Source of the DNA: a virus
Lineage: Duplodnaviria; Caudoviricetes
Direction: 5' to 3' (one strand)
IMG/VR virus record: IMGVR_UViG_3300031555_001469
Length of the DNA stretch: 64,000 bases
A model generated the notes under the pieces. The model was given only the letters and a program-made list of their open reading frames with translations. It searched no databases and was not told where the DNA came from. Position numbers and translations under genes: made by a program. Below are positions 27,442 to 37,402 of the stretch, piece by piece (positions within the stretch are counted from its first letter, which is position 1; each line of letters starts with the position of its first letter).

Positions 27442-30400
27442 TTATGGCTGTTCGTTGATTTCGAAATCATATGGTATTCCCATAATGTCTTTCACCGATC
27501 TATCTAATTCGATCATGATCTTATTCAAAGACCAAATACTCAATACAGAACCAACCATTCGTCCATTGATACTAGCTACAGACAAGAAAGCTTCAACTCT
27601 TTCTTCAGGTCTGAATTCGCTAGTAGGTTCTTTTCCTTCTGGGAAAATATCCTTAACTACGCCCTTAAGAGCACGGTCATAAACAAGTTTATCTCCAACA
27701 CCCATTTCATCTTCGTATTTCAGATAGAATTCAATGAGTACAGATTCTTTAGCATGTTTAAGTTTGCCAGTTGTATCAAGTTTATAGTTAGGAGTAAAGT
27801 TTTCTTCGGTATCATTATCACACTTATCTGCAATTCTTTTTACCTTAGAAATAGAAGATTCGTAATCTTTAACTACCTTCTTCAGGGAGTCTGATAATTC
27901 ATCTTCTTCTACAGTACGATATACTACTATATCCTGTACTATACCAGTTACTTTAGATTTAACTCTAACTCTTCCTAAATCACTTACGTCATCATCTTCA
28001 TCAGCAAGATTCTTCAAAAGTGCATTAAGATCGTCTTCGTCAAAAGCATTCTGGAATATCAATAATGGATCACCTTCCTGAACAGGCTGACCTTTCTTTA
28101 CAATAGATAAGATATTAGTGTTCTTAGGCAATGTGATCTCTTTCTTAACGACAATTTCTGATGTCATAGCTTTAGCTAACCATGGAGATATAATAGCAGA
28201 GTCTTCGTATCCTTCATCTGTACTGAGAACAGCAATCTTAGATAATACACCCATATTACACTGAGGATTTGCTTTTCTACCAACAGCTTTAGAAAATGAG
28301 AATTTATCATAAGCTATAATCTGACCAGGTTTAACTTTGTCACCAACTTTAAGATCTGTATCTAATTTGAGAACTCCATAGAAACCACCATCAGAGTTTT
28401 TCTTTACGTTCTCTCTTAAGTCTACAAATTCAGTTGTCTTATCTGTATAGGTGATAACCATATAATCTTCTGTAAGAGAGGTTACCTCACCTTTATCTTT
28501 AGCCTTATAAGCAAACATGTCAGAACACATGTATCCAATAGCTTCATCAGCACCATTAGTTACTAATAAAGGTGTAGATACTCTAGTTCTCATACTGTGC
28601 TTATTAGTCTGAATAAATGTCATAGCTGTACGGAATGGGTCATCTCGTGTTGTGCACATCGGAGTTAACGCTTCTGTAAAACATAAAGTATTTACATCGT
28701 TTATCTCTGGAGTTTCATCTGTCTTAAGATAACCACGTTTTCCTTCTACTGCCATATTAATTGTAGCCTGTCTAGTTAAACCTACATTACCAGCAAAACC
28801 AGTAGACATGGCTAATTTATTAAGCATAGATCTATCGAATGTACGTTTATCTAATCCATAGGATCTATCACTATTCATACCCGCTAATCCCTTGAAGGAA
28901 ACTGAATTAGCTGCTTCCATTTCAAGTAATGGGGAGAATACAGATAAATCACCAGCTGTTGGGTCAGACATAATGCTATCAATAATTTGAGTTCTCTTAA
29001 TAGACATAGTAGCGTCTTTCTTAGACCTCTTAAGCATATTAGAATACTGGCCGTAAGACGTAGCCAAAGATTTATAAATGTAACCAGTTATAATTTCTTT
29101 AGTTCTATATCTGTTACCAGTCAAGTCCACATGCTTATTATATTTATTATCAGCAAGAAGCATATTAGCATATGCTAAAACTTCTATATAATCGTATGGA
29201 AGATCAAAATCTTTACAAACTTCAATAGTTATAGGGTCCATCATCAAGTCATAGAAGTTATCAAGACCATCAGCCTTAATTCTTCCACCGAACTGATCAA
29301 GGAAATCTAACCACATAAGTTTAGAATTTACTTCCTTAATTGAATAAGCTTCAGTACCACATTCTTTTAATCCATTCATTAACAGAGATGAATTATAATC
29401 TAATTCGTATACCAAGTATCCGTCTTCGAATTTAATTACATCATGTGTATCTGGATTAATATGAGGACGTGCTTCAACTAATTCATATTTAACGTTACCC
29501 TTTTTCATAGCGGTAAATAAACCTTCACTGTAAGCCATAACTACAATAAGAGGTATTTCTGTATTAAGAATACTTGCCTTACTGTAAGTATACTTCTTAG
29601 CAGGTTTAATAGAATTATATACTTCTGCAAATTTAGGATCAGCCTTTGTTAAGATATCAGCTAACCAAGTAGAGAATGTCATAGGGCCATCCCAATAAAG
29701 AACTTTACCGTCCTGTATTGCAAATGGTAACCCCTTAGAATAATCTACATTGTGTGACTTTATCAACTCATCCTGATTGAAATATATAGTTAATTTCTGA
29801 CTAGGAACTGAAATCGTAGAGTATACTCCAGATATATCAATATAGTCAATCGGGAGATCATATTTTCTACAAATCTTTCTGTTATCACCAGCCTTTGTTT
29901 TAATAGAAGAACCTTCATATTTATCTAAAGCTTTTAAAAGTCTTCCTGCAGATGAATAAGATTTACCATCACTAGTACCAAATCTTCTAATAAAAATCTT
30001 ATTATAGTTTGATACAATCTGTACAGTATCTTCATCTGTCTTAATAATTGGAAGTAATGGTAACTGAGCAGAGATAGTCTTTTCGTTACCTCTTAATCTC
30101 ATGAATCTACCGTTACGGAATTTAGGTACATCGAATACTAAAGTAAATCTCTTACCATTAGCATCTTCACACTTTACTGTATAAGTATAGATAGAATCTT
30201 CTGTTGTAGAAGTATCTTTCTTATCTATATCTATTACAGATACAGGATTGGTTCTTGTTGAGAAGAAGTCTAATATCGCTACGATATCTTCATCATTCTC
30301 ATAAATATCATTAAAGTTAGTAAACTGCAATTTACTCCATTCGTCATTGATAGAATCGACAGGCAAAGAGGTTTCTGGTAACTCTCTATCTTCTTTACTT

Positions 30401-32157
30401 CTATCTAACAATTCCTTTACTGAAACTCCATCAAGTTTCTTCTTTGTAAAATCCTGATTGAGTTTAGTCATACGAGCTGCTCTTGTAGCAGACACCTGAC
30501 TCTTTTCTTCTTCCTCAGCTGCTAAGTCTAATAACAGCTTTTTGAACTCTTCGGTTTCAAGCTTATCAATAGCTTCTTCTGTAGAGTTAGAAGTTTCTGC
30601 AGCCTTATCAATCATATCGGAAATCTCTTTCTTCTTAGCTGCATTATTAGCTAACTTCTTTTCTAATTCTTCTTTAGATATAGTCTCATCCTTACCAGTG
30701 AGGTTATGTATCTTAATTCCCTGGGAAGTTTCCATTCTATCTAAAATATCTGTCTTGATTGCTTTAGGAGAATCCTTTGCAAGACTATCGTCCTGAATAG
30801 GTTCGCTAGCAATAAGCTTATCAATGAGCATCTTAAACTTGTTTCTACCAAATTCAGTCTTCTCATCAATAGTCATTTTAAAGTAACCAATCTTACCAAA
30901 GAAAACTATTGTATATCCTTTTAATCCTGCTCTTATCTTTGAAGGATTGTATACCATCAGATAATAAAGCATAGATATAGGATTAACAGTTTCTTTATAA
31001 TTGAATATATCACCAGTAGCAGGCTTATACTCATTTATATCTATGAAGATAGTTTTTCTTTCATAGTTTTCAAATCCTCTTGTATTAAGCAACTTCAATA
31101 AAAGGTCGAAATAGATTTCTGCACCTTTGACGTTCTTATAGAGGTTATTACGAAGAAATGCATCATTATAATATCTCATATCAATGAATACATTTCTATT
31201 CTGATATCTTTCTGGACGGATATAAGTATATCTAATCCAAGGATTCTTTTCTCTAACTGCATCGTAAATAGAAAAAAGTTCTTTATCGTTTCTAATACGA
31301 TCGTTAAAAAGAAGTTTCTTAAGTCTTGCATCATTATCAGAAGCTTCTGTAAAGAATATTACAGAGTCTTTAGTCTGAAAATAATTTTCATTTAATAAAT
31401 AAGATTCATTGGATAATACAGCAGGCTTAAAGCTATTCTGAACTACTTCATCAAACTTATCTACCCAGCTATATTCCCAATCAGGACAATATACTTTATG
31501 CATATTTGTCACTTCACCGTAAGAGAAATACTGTTCACTCTTAGAGTTCTCCAGTACAATCTTACCAATACATTTTAATGTAACAGGTTTCTGACACCAA
31601 ACTTCCTTACATAACTTAGCATAAGGAATCTGCTTAATACTAGGAGTCATAACTTTTACATCATGAGCAGGACAGTGTACGTAAAGTACAGTTCCTTTAT
31701 TAACGCCACGCATCTTTAACAGATTACCTTCAATAGATTCATGTAAGGATACTCTCTTATCAGTCGGGTCTTCATATGCAGCTTCTGTAATAAACGTAGA
31801 CGGAATTCTAGGAGTAAGTGTCTTCTTATTCATATTTTTAGTAGATAAGAAGAAATACTTATTCTCTCTATTTGATTCTGTAACTACCTTTTGCTGCTGA
31901 ATCATCCTAAGTATATTTCTCGATTCTTTATCGATAACATAGCCATCTTTCATCAGCCCATATTCTCTTAAAGAATCATAATACTCTAAGAAATATTCAT
32001 TTAAGTTATCTCTGTTTGTCTCAATAAATTCCATCACATAAGATGGATTGTTTGAATCCATAATGTCTTTACAGAGAGATTCACATACACGTTCTTTGCT
32101 TCCCTCAATGGATTCAAAATTCATTATTCTTTCTAAAATATTCATAGGTATTAACAC
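27442..32157 (-). CDS. multisubunit phage RNA polymerase beta-like subunit (probably virion RNAP) with long N-terminal extension
   Basis: FMRLRGNEK, VGLTRQ, DDPFRTAM..IQ.NKH, DEGYEDSAIIS, GVGDKL...LKGVV, SINGRM; late promoter at 32172-32183. Confidence 0.9.
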   Translation of the reverse strand: MLIPMNILERIMNFESIEGSKERVCESLCKDIMDSNNPSYVMEFIETNRDNLNEYFLEYYDSLREYGLMKDGYVIDKESRNILRMIQQQKVVTESNRENKYFFLSTKNMNKKTLTPRIPSTFITEAAYEDPTDKRVSLHESIEGNLLKMRGVNKGTVLYVHCPAHDVKVMTPSIKQIPYAKLCKEVWCQKPVTLKCIGKIVLENSKSEQYFSYGEVTNMHKVYCPDWEYSWVDKFDEVVQNSFKPAVLSNESYLLNENYFQTKDSVIFFTEASDNDARLKKLLFNDRIRNDKELFSIYDAVREKNPWIRYTYIRPERYQNRNVFIDMRYYNDAFLRNNLYKNVKGAEIYFDLLLKLLNTRGFENYERKTIFIDINEYKPATGDIFNYKETVNPISMLYYLMVYNPSKIRAGLKGYTIVFFGKIGYFKMTIDEKTEFGRNKFKMLIDKLIASEPIQDDSLAKDSPKAIKTDILDRMETSQGIKIHNLTGKDETISKEELEKKLANNAAKKKEISDMIDKAAETSNSTEEAIDKLETEEFKKLLLDLAAEEEEKSQVSATRAARMTKLNQDFTKKKLDGVSVKELLDRSKEDRELPETSLPVDSINDEWSKLQFTNFNDIYENDEDIVAILDFFSTRTNPVSVIDIDKKDTSTTEDSIYTYTVKCEDANGKRFTLVFDVPKFRNGRFMRLRGNEKTISAQLPLLPIIKTDEDTVQIVSNYNKIFIRRFGTSDGKSYSSAGRLLKALDKYEGSSIKTKAGDNRKICRKYDLPIDYIDISGVYSTISVPSQKLTIYFNQDELIKSHNVDYSKGLPFAIQDGKVLYWDGPMTFSTWLADILTKADPKFAEVYNSIKPAKKYTYSKASILNTEIPLIVVMAYSEGLFTAMKKGNVKYELVEARPHINPDTHDVIKFEDGYLVYELDYNSSLLMNGLKECGTEAYSIKEVNSKLMWLDFLDQFGGRIKADGLDNFYDLMMDPITIEVCKDFDLPYDYIEVLAYANMLLADNKYNKHVDLTGNRYRTKEIITGYIYKSLATSYGQYSNMLKRSKKDATMSIKRTQIIDSIMSDPTAGDLSVFSPLLEMEAANSVSFKGLAGMNSDRSYGLDKRTFDRSMLNKLAMSTGFAGNVGLTRQATINMAVEGKRGYLKTDETPEINDVNTLCFTEALTPMCTTRDDPFRTAMTFIQTNKHSMRTRVSTPLLVTNGADEAIGYMCSDMFAYKAKDKGEVTSLTEDYMVITYTDKTTEFVDLRENVKKNSDGGFYGVLKLDTDLKVGDKVKPGQIIAYDKFSFSKAVGRKANPQCNMGVLSKIAVLSTDEGYEDSAIISPWLAKAMTSEIVVKKEITLPKNTNILSIVKKGQPVQEGDPLLIFQNAFDEDDLNALLKNLADEDDDVSDLGRVRVKSKVTGIVQDIVVYRTVEEDELSDSLKKVVKDYESSISKVKRIADKCDNDTEENFTPNYKLDTTGKLKHAKESVLIEFYLKYEDEMGVGDKLVYDRALKGVVKDIFPEGKEPTSEFRPEERVEAFLSVASINGRMVGSVLSIWSLNKIMIELDRSVKDIMGIPYDFEINEQP

Positions 32158-32263
32158 CTCCTTCGATGTATTACTAAGGTGTTCGAGTCCTAAAAAGAGA
32201 AAATATATGCTATATCTTCAGAGTACACATCTATATAAATACAAATGAAAGGAGAACGTTGAT

Positions 32264-33565
32264 ATGGCGTTGCTTACTACTTATCAGACCCCTTGTTTAA
32301 GGAATAATGATTATGCTGCAAACTATACCCCAACTTCAGGTACTCTTAATATGAGATATGGGGCATCTTCTTCGAAGTATGATATTGTAGCTACAATAAA
32401 CGAAGGGGAAATTTTTACTTGTATGGGTGAATATAATGATAACAATGGTACTCCATGGTTATATGGTATGTATAACGATCAGTACGGTTATTGTCATTTA
32501 CCATCTTTAACAAAGTCTTCTGTAAAATATGTTAGTGCTGAGAGAAGTGTTAGTGATATAAACACTATGCTCAAAAAGTACAGAAACATTCAGTTTGCAA
32601 AAGGTGCTAAGTACAAGATTTCAACAGCATTAATTGTCCATAGTAATACCATCATTGATTTGAATGGTGCTACTCTTAGAAGATATGGAGCAGATAATGT
32701 ATTAGAATCTTATGTTGATCCTGATGTTACCACAGGATATAATGGTGTACATGATGTTGTCATCAAAAATGGTACACTTGAAGGAATGAATAGTTTAGGA
32801 CTTCGTTCTACTAATTTAACTTCCTTCATGCATTGTAAAAATATTGTTTTTGAAAATGTGACATTTTTAGATACCCCGGGTTGTCATAGTTGTGATGTAG
32901 TTGGATGTAGTAATGTAACATTTTTAAATTGTAAGTTCTTGGGTTACTGTACAGCTGGTAATGATTTCAGAGAATCTATTCAGATTGACTATGCTTCTTA
33001 TGCTTCTTTACCATCTTTCCCAGTTGGCTCTAAGTGTTATGATATGACTTATTGTAAGAATATCAATATCATTGGATGCACTTTCGATAAGTCAGATAAT
33101 TACCCATCTCAGTATTGTGCTATCGGTGCACACTCTCAGGGTAATGATTATAATTATCATGAAAATATTGTAGTTAAGGATTGTGTTGCTACAGGTAATG
33201 GTAATACTAATACTGACCCATCTTATGGAGCATTCATAAGATGTATGAAGTTTAAGAACACATTGATCGAAGGTAATGTAATCGGAAACTACGCAAGATT
33301 CGTTTGGATTACGATGCCTGGTAGATTGATGAACCCTGATGGAAGTGGCATTCAGGCTACTGATGATCCGGATAAAGTATTTAATGTAGAGAATCTTAAA
33401 GTCTTAAATAATAAGATTATTTCTAGAGGATCTACATGGCAATCCTATGGTATGTATATTAAGGATACTTTCAATAAGTCTTCTGACATTTTAGTTCAGG
33501 GTCTTAACGTTCCTAGTACAGCCGTATATACTAAGGGTTGTAGTAATGTAACCATAAATTTATAA
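32264..33565 (+). CDS. SH3b domain + parallel beta-helix (pectin-lyase-like) protein, putative depolymerase
   Basis: LNMRYGASSS..IV....GE....W...Y...YGY SH3b pattern; IDLNGATL, N/V/I rungs, ESIQID. Confidence 0.75.
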   Translation: MALLTTYQTPCLRNNDYAANYTPTSGTLNMRYGASSSKYDIVATINEGEIFTCMGEYNDNNGTPWLYGMYNDQYGYCHLPSLTKSSVKYVSAERSVSDINTMLKKYRNIQFAKGAKYKISTALIVHSNTIIDLNGATLRRYGADNVLESYVDPDVTTGYNGVHDVVIKNGTLEGMNSLGLRSTNLTSFMHCKNIVFENVTFLDTPGCHSCDVVGCSNVTFLNCKFLGYCTAGNDFRESIQIDYASYASLPSFPVGSKCYDMTYCKNINIIGCTFDKSDNYPSQYCAIGAHSQGNDYNYHENIVVKDCVATGNGNTNTDPSYGAFIRCMKFKNTLIEGNVIGNYARFVWITMPGRLMNPDGSGIQATDDPDKVFNVENLKVLNNKIISRGSTWQSYGMYIKDTFNKSSDILVQGLNVPSTAVYTKGCSNVTINL

Positions 33566-33573
33566 AAAATAAA

Positions 33574-33601
33574 AGAGGTAGGGAAAGTAATCCCTACCTC
33601 T
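33574..33601. terminator. bidirectional terminator
   Basis: AGAGGTAGGGA-N6-TCCCTACCTCT between convergent genes. Confidence 0.8.
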
Positions 33602-33607
33602 AATATT

Positions 33608-34123
33608 CTACTCAGGGTCGTAAGCAAGTTCCTCCTCCAACCATTCTTCAGGAGTCAGGTCAGGAACCTCGATTCTGTTGTCAACCTTCCAGCAGTCATC
33701 AATCTGCCATTCGATATCCCCAGCAAAATCCTCGTTGAAGTATATAATCAGATCCTGTAATACTAACCAGTCTCTGATTATTTCTATATCGTCAGTTTCA
33801 CGCTTACGGGCAACATCTATACTGTAACCTGATAATTTTCTAAGTACATTAAAATTAACGTATCTATACAGGTTACGAAATATAATATTCTTATTGATGT
33901 CGTCTTTTGGAAGAGAGTTAAGGAGTTTCTCAGCTTCATTTTTAACTCTCCGGCTATCGACTAAATAGGAAAATTCTCCTTTCTTATCGACATACATTTC
34001 GACCACATATTTATTATTGTGGTCTTTGTCATCTACCATGATACCCTCCAAAATTTTCTTTACCCCTTCAAGTCTACCCGCTTCCTTGAGGATTTTTTCT
34101 ATTGTTGTAAAATTGCGTTTCAT
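33608..34123 (-). CDS. hypothetical protein, paralogue of 34138..34575
   Basis: Probable start MKRNF after the GGGAGG SD; ILKEAGR..ILEGI..EAEKLL..LY.Y..WLVL. Confidence 0.7.
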   Translation of the reverse strand: MKRNFTTIEKILKEAGRLEGVKKILEGIMVDDKDHNNKYVVEMYVDKKGEFSYLVDSRRVKNEAEKLLNSLPKDDINKNIIFRNLYRYVNFNVLRKLSGYSIDVARKRETDDIEIIRDWLVLQDLIIYFNEDFAGDIEWQIDDCWKVDNRIEVPDLTPEEWLEEELAYDPE

Positions 34124-34137
34124 AATTTTATTCCTCC

Positions 34138-34575
34138 CTAATTCTGTTTTCTCCAACCTTCAGGAACACTCCAATCTGTATCACCCTCATAAGGGTCATG
34201 ATAACAAATTATAAGATTCCAGAGTACTAGCCAGCTTCTCAATTCTTCCATGTCGACATCAGGTTCATGTCGATGTGAGATTGCAATAGCGTAGTTATGT
34301 AGCTTTGCATTTGTATGTGTATTAATATATTCATACAAAGTCATGAAGCTATCATTCTCTTCAGCAACTCCTTCTTCGATTAATCTTAGAAGTTTTTCGG
34401 CTTCAGATCTAACTATGTCACCATCAACACGCCATAGTGTTTCACCTGTTTTAATAACATAGGCATCTACCGGATAACTATACTCAGTATCTGAAATTAT
34501 TCCTTTTAAAATACCTACTACATCCTCATATCTACCTGCATCTTTGAGAATGTTTTTAACCATACTAAATATCAT
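34138..34575 (-). CDS. hypothetical protein, paralogue of 33608..34123
   Basis: ILKDAGR..ILKGI..EAEKLL..LYEY..WLVL. Confidence 0.7.
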   Translation of the reverse strand: MIFSMVKNILKDAGRYEDVVGILKGIISDTEYSYPVDAYVIKTGETLWRVDGDIVRSEAEKLLRLIEEGVAEENDSFMTLYEYINTHTNAKLHNYAIAISHRHEPDVDMEELRSWLVLWNLIICYHDPYEGDTDWSVPEGWRKQN

Positions 34576-34630
34576 AATATAATCCTCCTTTAAGATAATA
34601 TAGGGGTGGTTTTAAAACCACCCCTATATT

Positions 34631-34939
34631 TTAGATACCGCGCTCTAACTTTACGTTGATAGCCTTATTGATATCCTCATCTGCGATGAAGAATGCGTGC
34701 TTCAACGCTTCGATGCAGACAATAACATCGCCCATCTCTTCGATGAGATTAAGTTTATCACCCCTACCTCTAAACATTTTAGATGCGGCTTGTGCTAATT
34801 CTGCACACTCCTCCATGCAGATAACCAATCGTTCCTCTACACCGATCTCTACATTGGACTTTATAACCTCATCCATAAACGTAGGACTTAATTCGCCACT
34901 TGCCTTTTTAAACGCTGCCTCGAAATCTTCTCTTTTCAT
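34631..34939 (-). CDS. MazG-like all-alpha NTP pyrophosphohydrolase
   Basis: MEECAELAQA...LIEEMGDV (EExxE...EExxD). Confidence 0.8.
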   Translation of the reverse strand: MKREDFEAAFKKASGELSPTFMDEVIKSNVEIGVEERLVICMEECAELAQAASKMFRGRGDKLNLIEEMGDVIVCIEALKHAFFIADEDINKAINVKLERGI

Positions 34940-34942
34940 ATA

Positions 34943-35149
34943 TTAATCCTCCTTTGCAAACCAGGATAACGTAACCCTGCAACAATATTTGCTGGTGCCT
35001 TCTTTTTTTCTGGAGTCTGTATGATACTCCAAGATATCTAAGTTAGCAATCTTCTCGGACTTTACGAAGGTATTAACCTGTTGTAATGCATCAGTTAATG
35101 CATCGAGAGCTGTGTTATTAGTTGCTTCAAAATACTTTGTTTTAATCAT
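34943..35149 (-). CDS. hypothetical protein
   Basis: AAGGAGG SD; operon-coupled. Confidence 0.65.
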   Translation of the reverse strand: MIKTKYFEATNNTALDALTDALQQVNTFVKSEKIANLDILEYHTDSRKKEGTSKYCCRVTLSWFAKED

Positions 35150-35161
35150 AATTTTTCCTCC

Positions 35162-35608
35162 TTAGTTTTTAATAAGTTTACGACCTCTACACTCTTTACA
35201 TGTACGGGTCGGGTTTATCTTATTCTCTTCAAAGAACTCAAGTTCTGATAACTGGAATTTGAACCAGTTATTGCAGACCTTGCATTTCTGAAACGGGCCA
35301 TTATAAAAGTCATGACCCTCCGGATTGTGAATCTGGAAAACATTTCTAACTTCCTCTTCTTTGAATTTACCATCTCTGAATTTATGGTAAGTTTTTACTC
35401 CGGTTATTTCTGTAAGAGCAGGATGTAAGTTCTTCAACTCTTTACCCTTACTACACGTAAAGACGATTCTCTTGATGTCTTTACTTTCCATTTCTGCTAA
35501 GATGTTGTCTATCAACATCTTGCTTGGTTCTCCGAGGATGAGCATCTCTCCATCCTCAATAAATGCCTTAGCGCCATTTATCTTTACTTCAATAATATAA
35601 TTATCCAT
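35162..35608 (-). CDS. protein with C-terminal zinc ribbon
   Basis: CKVC..WF.F...ELEFF......PTRTCKECR. Confidence 0.7.
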   Translation of the reverse strand: MDNYIIEVKINGAKAFIEDGEMLILGEPSKMLIDNILAEMESKDIKRIVFTCSKGKELKNLHPALTEITGVKTYHKFRDGKFKEEEVRNVFQIHNPEGHDFYNGPFQKCKVCNNWFKFQLSELEFFEENKINPTRTCKECRGRKLIKN

Positions 35609-35620
35609 TAATAATTCCTC

Positions 35621-36844
35621 CTATCGATATACAATATTTTCTAAAATTATCTTTTGAGTCCAATGTAATTTTATATTGCCTAAATTGAATCGGCCTAAGC
35701 CTGGATATGTATATTTAGAAAAATTACGAATTGCAATTTGCCTAATATCAGGCTCTCTTACCTCCTGAAATAAATCACAAAATCCGTTTTCATAAATTAC
35801 AGGCTTTATGATTAAAATGTCTTCATCTTTATGATAGATCAACATATATCCAAATCTAGTTGAATATACATCATTAAGTTTCAATACCACTTTTGCAATA
35901 TTGGTATTAGAATAATGATATGGCATATGAAATGGCTTAGGTTCATGCATGTGAACAGGGACATGTATAATATTTCTCTCATACCATGACGGTATGAAAG
36001 TTGTTACATTAGCCGGTTCGCCGCTAAACCCTAAGTGGTTTATTTTATATAAACACATAGCATATGCGACTTCTTTTTGATTGCTGTTATATAATTCTCT
36101 CAACAAAATTTTTCTATTAAAAGGATCTCGTATAGCATCAATCTCTTCGATAACTGCTGGAAGAACTTTTGGTGAGATACCTTCTAATATTCTTTTAGAT
36201 AATCTATTGTAAGTTATCTCTTGCAATTTTTGAGGTGATGTACGGAATATATGACCACTACTAGATTCACTACAAATTTTATTAGGTCTATGAGATTCAT
36301 CATATAGTACATCCCTCAATGTAGTATATCTTCCATTATATCGTCTGAGTTCTTGCAAGGCCTTTACTTCAATCTGACGAATTCTTTCTCTAGAAACATT
36401 CATCATCTTGCCGGCTTCCTCAAGATATAGACCTCCCCAATATCTTAATGCTAAGACTCTTTGCTGACGTTCAGTTAGGGTGGATACTGCATTCCTAACA
36501 ATTTCTTTATCAATATTCTGATAAAAATCACATTGTGTAGGATATTCCTTAACTTCAGTGATTCTCTGTGCTATATAAGTTTCTTCGATTTCTTCCATTG
36601 GGAGTTTCTCGAAGCGTTGCATAGCACAGTCTATTGGAAAACTATAGCCGTGCTGCATAAGCATTTTCTTGCAGACTGGTTCCACGATAACCCTGATTGG
36701 TTTTACAGGACCATCGTATTCTAATATTGCAATATATGCTTCCTGCCTCAAGTCTTCTACATCAATTGATGTAGGATTAAATTTGTCGTAGAGTTTATCT
36801 ACAACTTTGTTTGCGGTGTTAATCGCTTCTGGTGTTAAGTTCAT
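35621..36844 (-). CDS. sigma70-like protein (regions 2 and 4) with C-terminal extension
   Basis: EDLRQEAYIAIL (region 2); LTERQQRVLALRY...LEEAGKMMNVSRERIRQIEVKALQELR (region 4 HTH). Confidence 0.8.
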   Translation of the reverse strand: MNLTPEAINTANKVVDKLYDKFNPTSIDVEDLRQEAYIAILEYDGPVKPIRVIVEPVCKKMLMQHGYSFPIDCAMQRFEKLPMEEIEETYIAQRITEVKEYPTQCDFYQNIDKEIVRNAVSTLTERQQRVLALRYWGGLYLEEAGKMMNVSRERIRQIEVKALQELRRYNGRYTTLRDVLYDESHRPNKICSESSSGHIFRTSPQKLQEITYNRLSKRILEGISPKVLPAVIEEIDAIRDPFNRKILLRELYNSNQKEVAYAMCLYKINHLGFSGEPANVTTFIPSWYERNIIHVPVHMHEPKPFHMPYHYSNTNIAKVVLKLNDVYSTRFGYMLIYHKDEDILIIKPVIYENGFCDLFQEVREPDIRQIAIRNFSKYTYPGLGRFNLGNIKLHWTQKIILENIVYR

Positions 36845-36914
36845 TTTGGTGACCTCCTGTTTGTGAATTGTTTGTGAAATTTTGGAGAGGAAGATTTTTC
36901 ATCTTCCTCTCCGG

Positions 36915-37268
36915 TTATACGTCTGCTAGTTCCAATACTTCGAGTATATCTTCCTGTAATGAAAGATAGTGCTCACGATACAACACTACTTCATGTCGTA
37001 CCCTTGGGTCTGGATCTCTTATCAAAGCATCCAGATATACCCCATGGCCTGCCACAGCCCTTCTTACAGAAGGTTCTGTATCTCGATAAAGTTTATCGAG
37101 ATCATATCCTTGTATTGCTAATTCTTTCCGCATATGTATATTGCGATTAGCCAGGAACTTGGCAAATCCTGGCATATCGTAGCTCAGCAGCACCAACGCT
37201 ACTGACTCTACTCTGTCAAATCCAGCATATCGCCATATGCCAAATCTCCTAATAATTTCACCTATCAT
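36915..37268 (-). CDS. HEAT-like repeat protein
   Basis: LYRDTEPSVRRAVA / LIRDPDPRVRHEV repeats; early promoter at 37322-37336. Confidence 0.65.
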   Translation of the reverse strand: MIGEIIRRFGIWRYAGFDRVESVALVLLSYDMPGFAKFLANRNIHMRKELAIQGYDLDKLYRDTEPSVRRAVAGHGVYLDALIRDPDPRVRHEVVLYREHYLSLQEDILEVLELADV

Positions 37269-37402
37269 TTTTGTTTTACCTCCTGTTTGTGATTTGCGTG
37301 TATTAATAGGTTCTATTACTACACAATTATAATATATAATAAAAATAAATTATTTTGACAAAAAAGAAAGAGGATCATAGATAATCCCCTTTCTCATGTG
37401 TG

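Noticed and set aside
6988-32157. Group I introns or inteins in RNAP genes, as in AR9
   Set aside because: All three RNAP ORFs are continuous, and I saw no intein C/S...HN junction or LAGLIDADG motif
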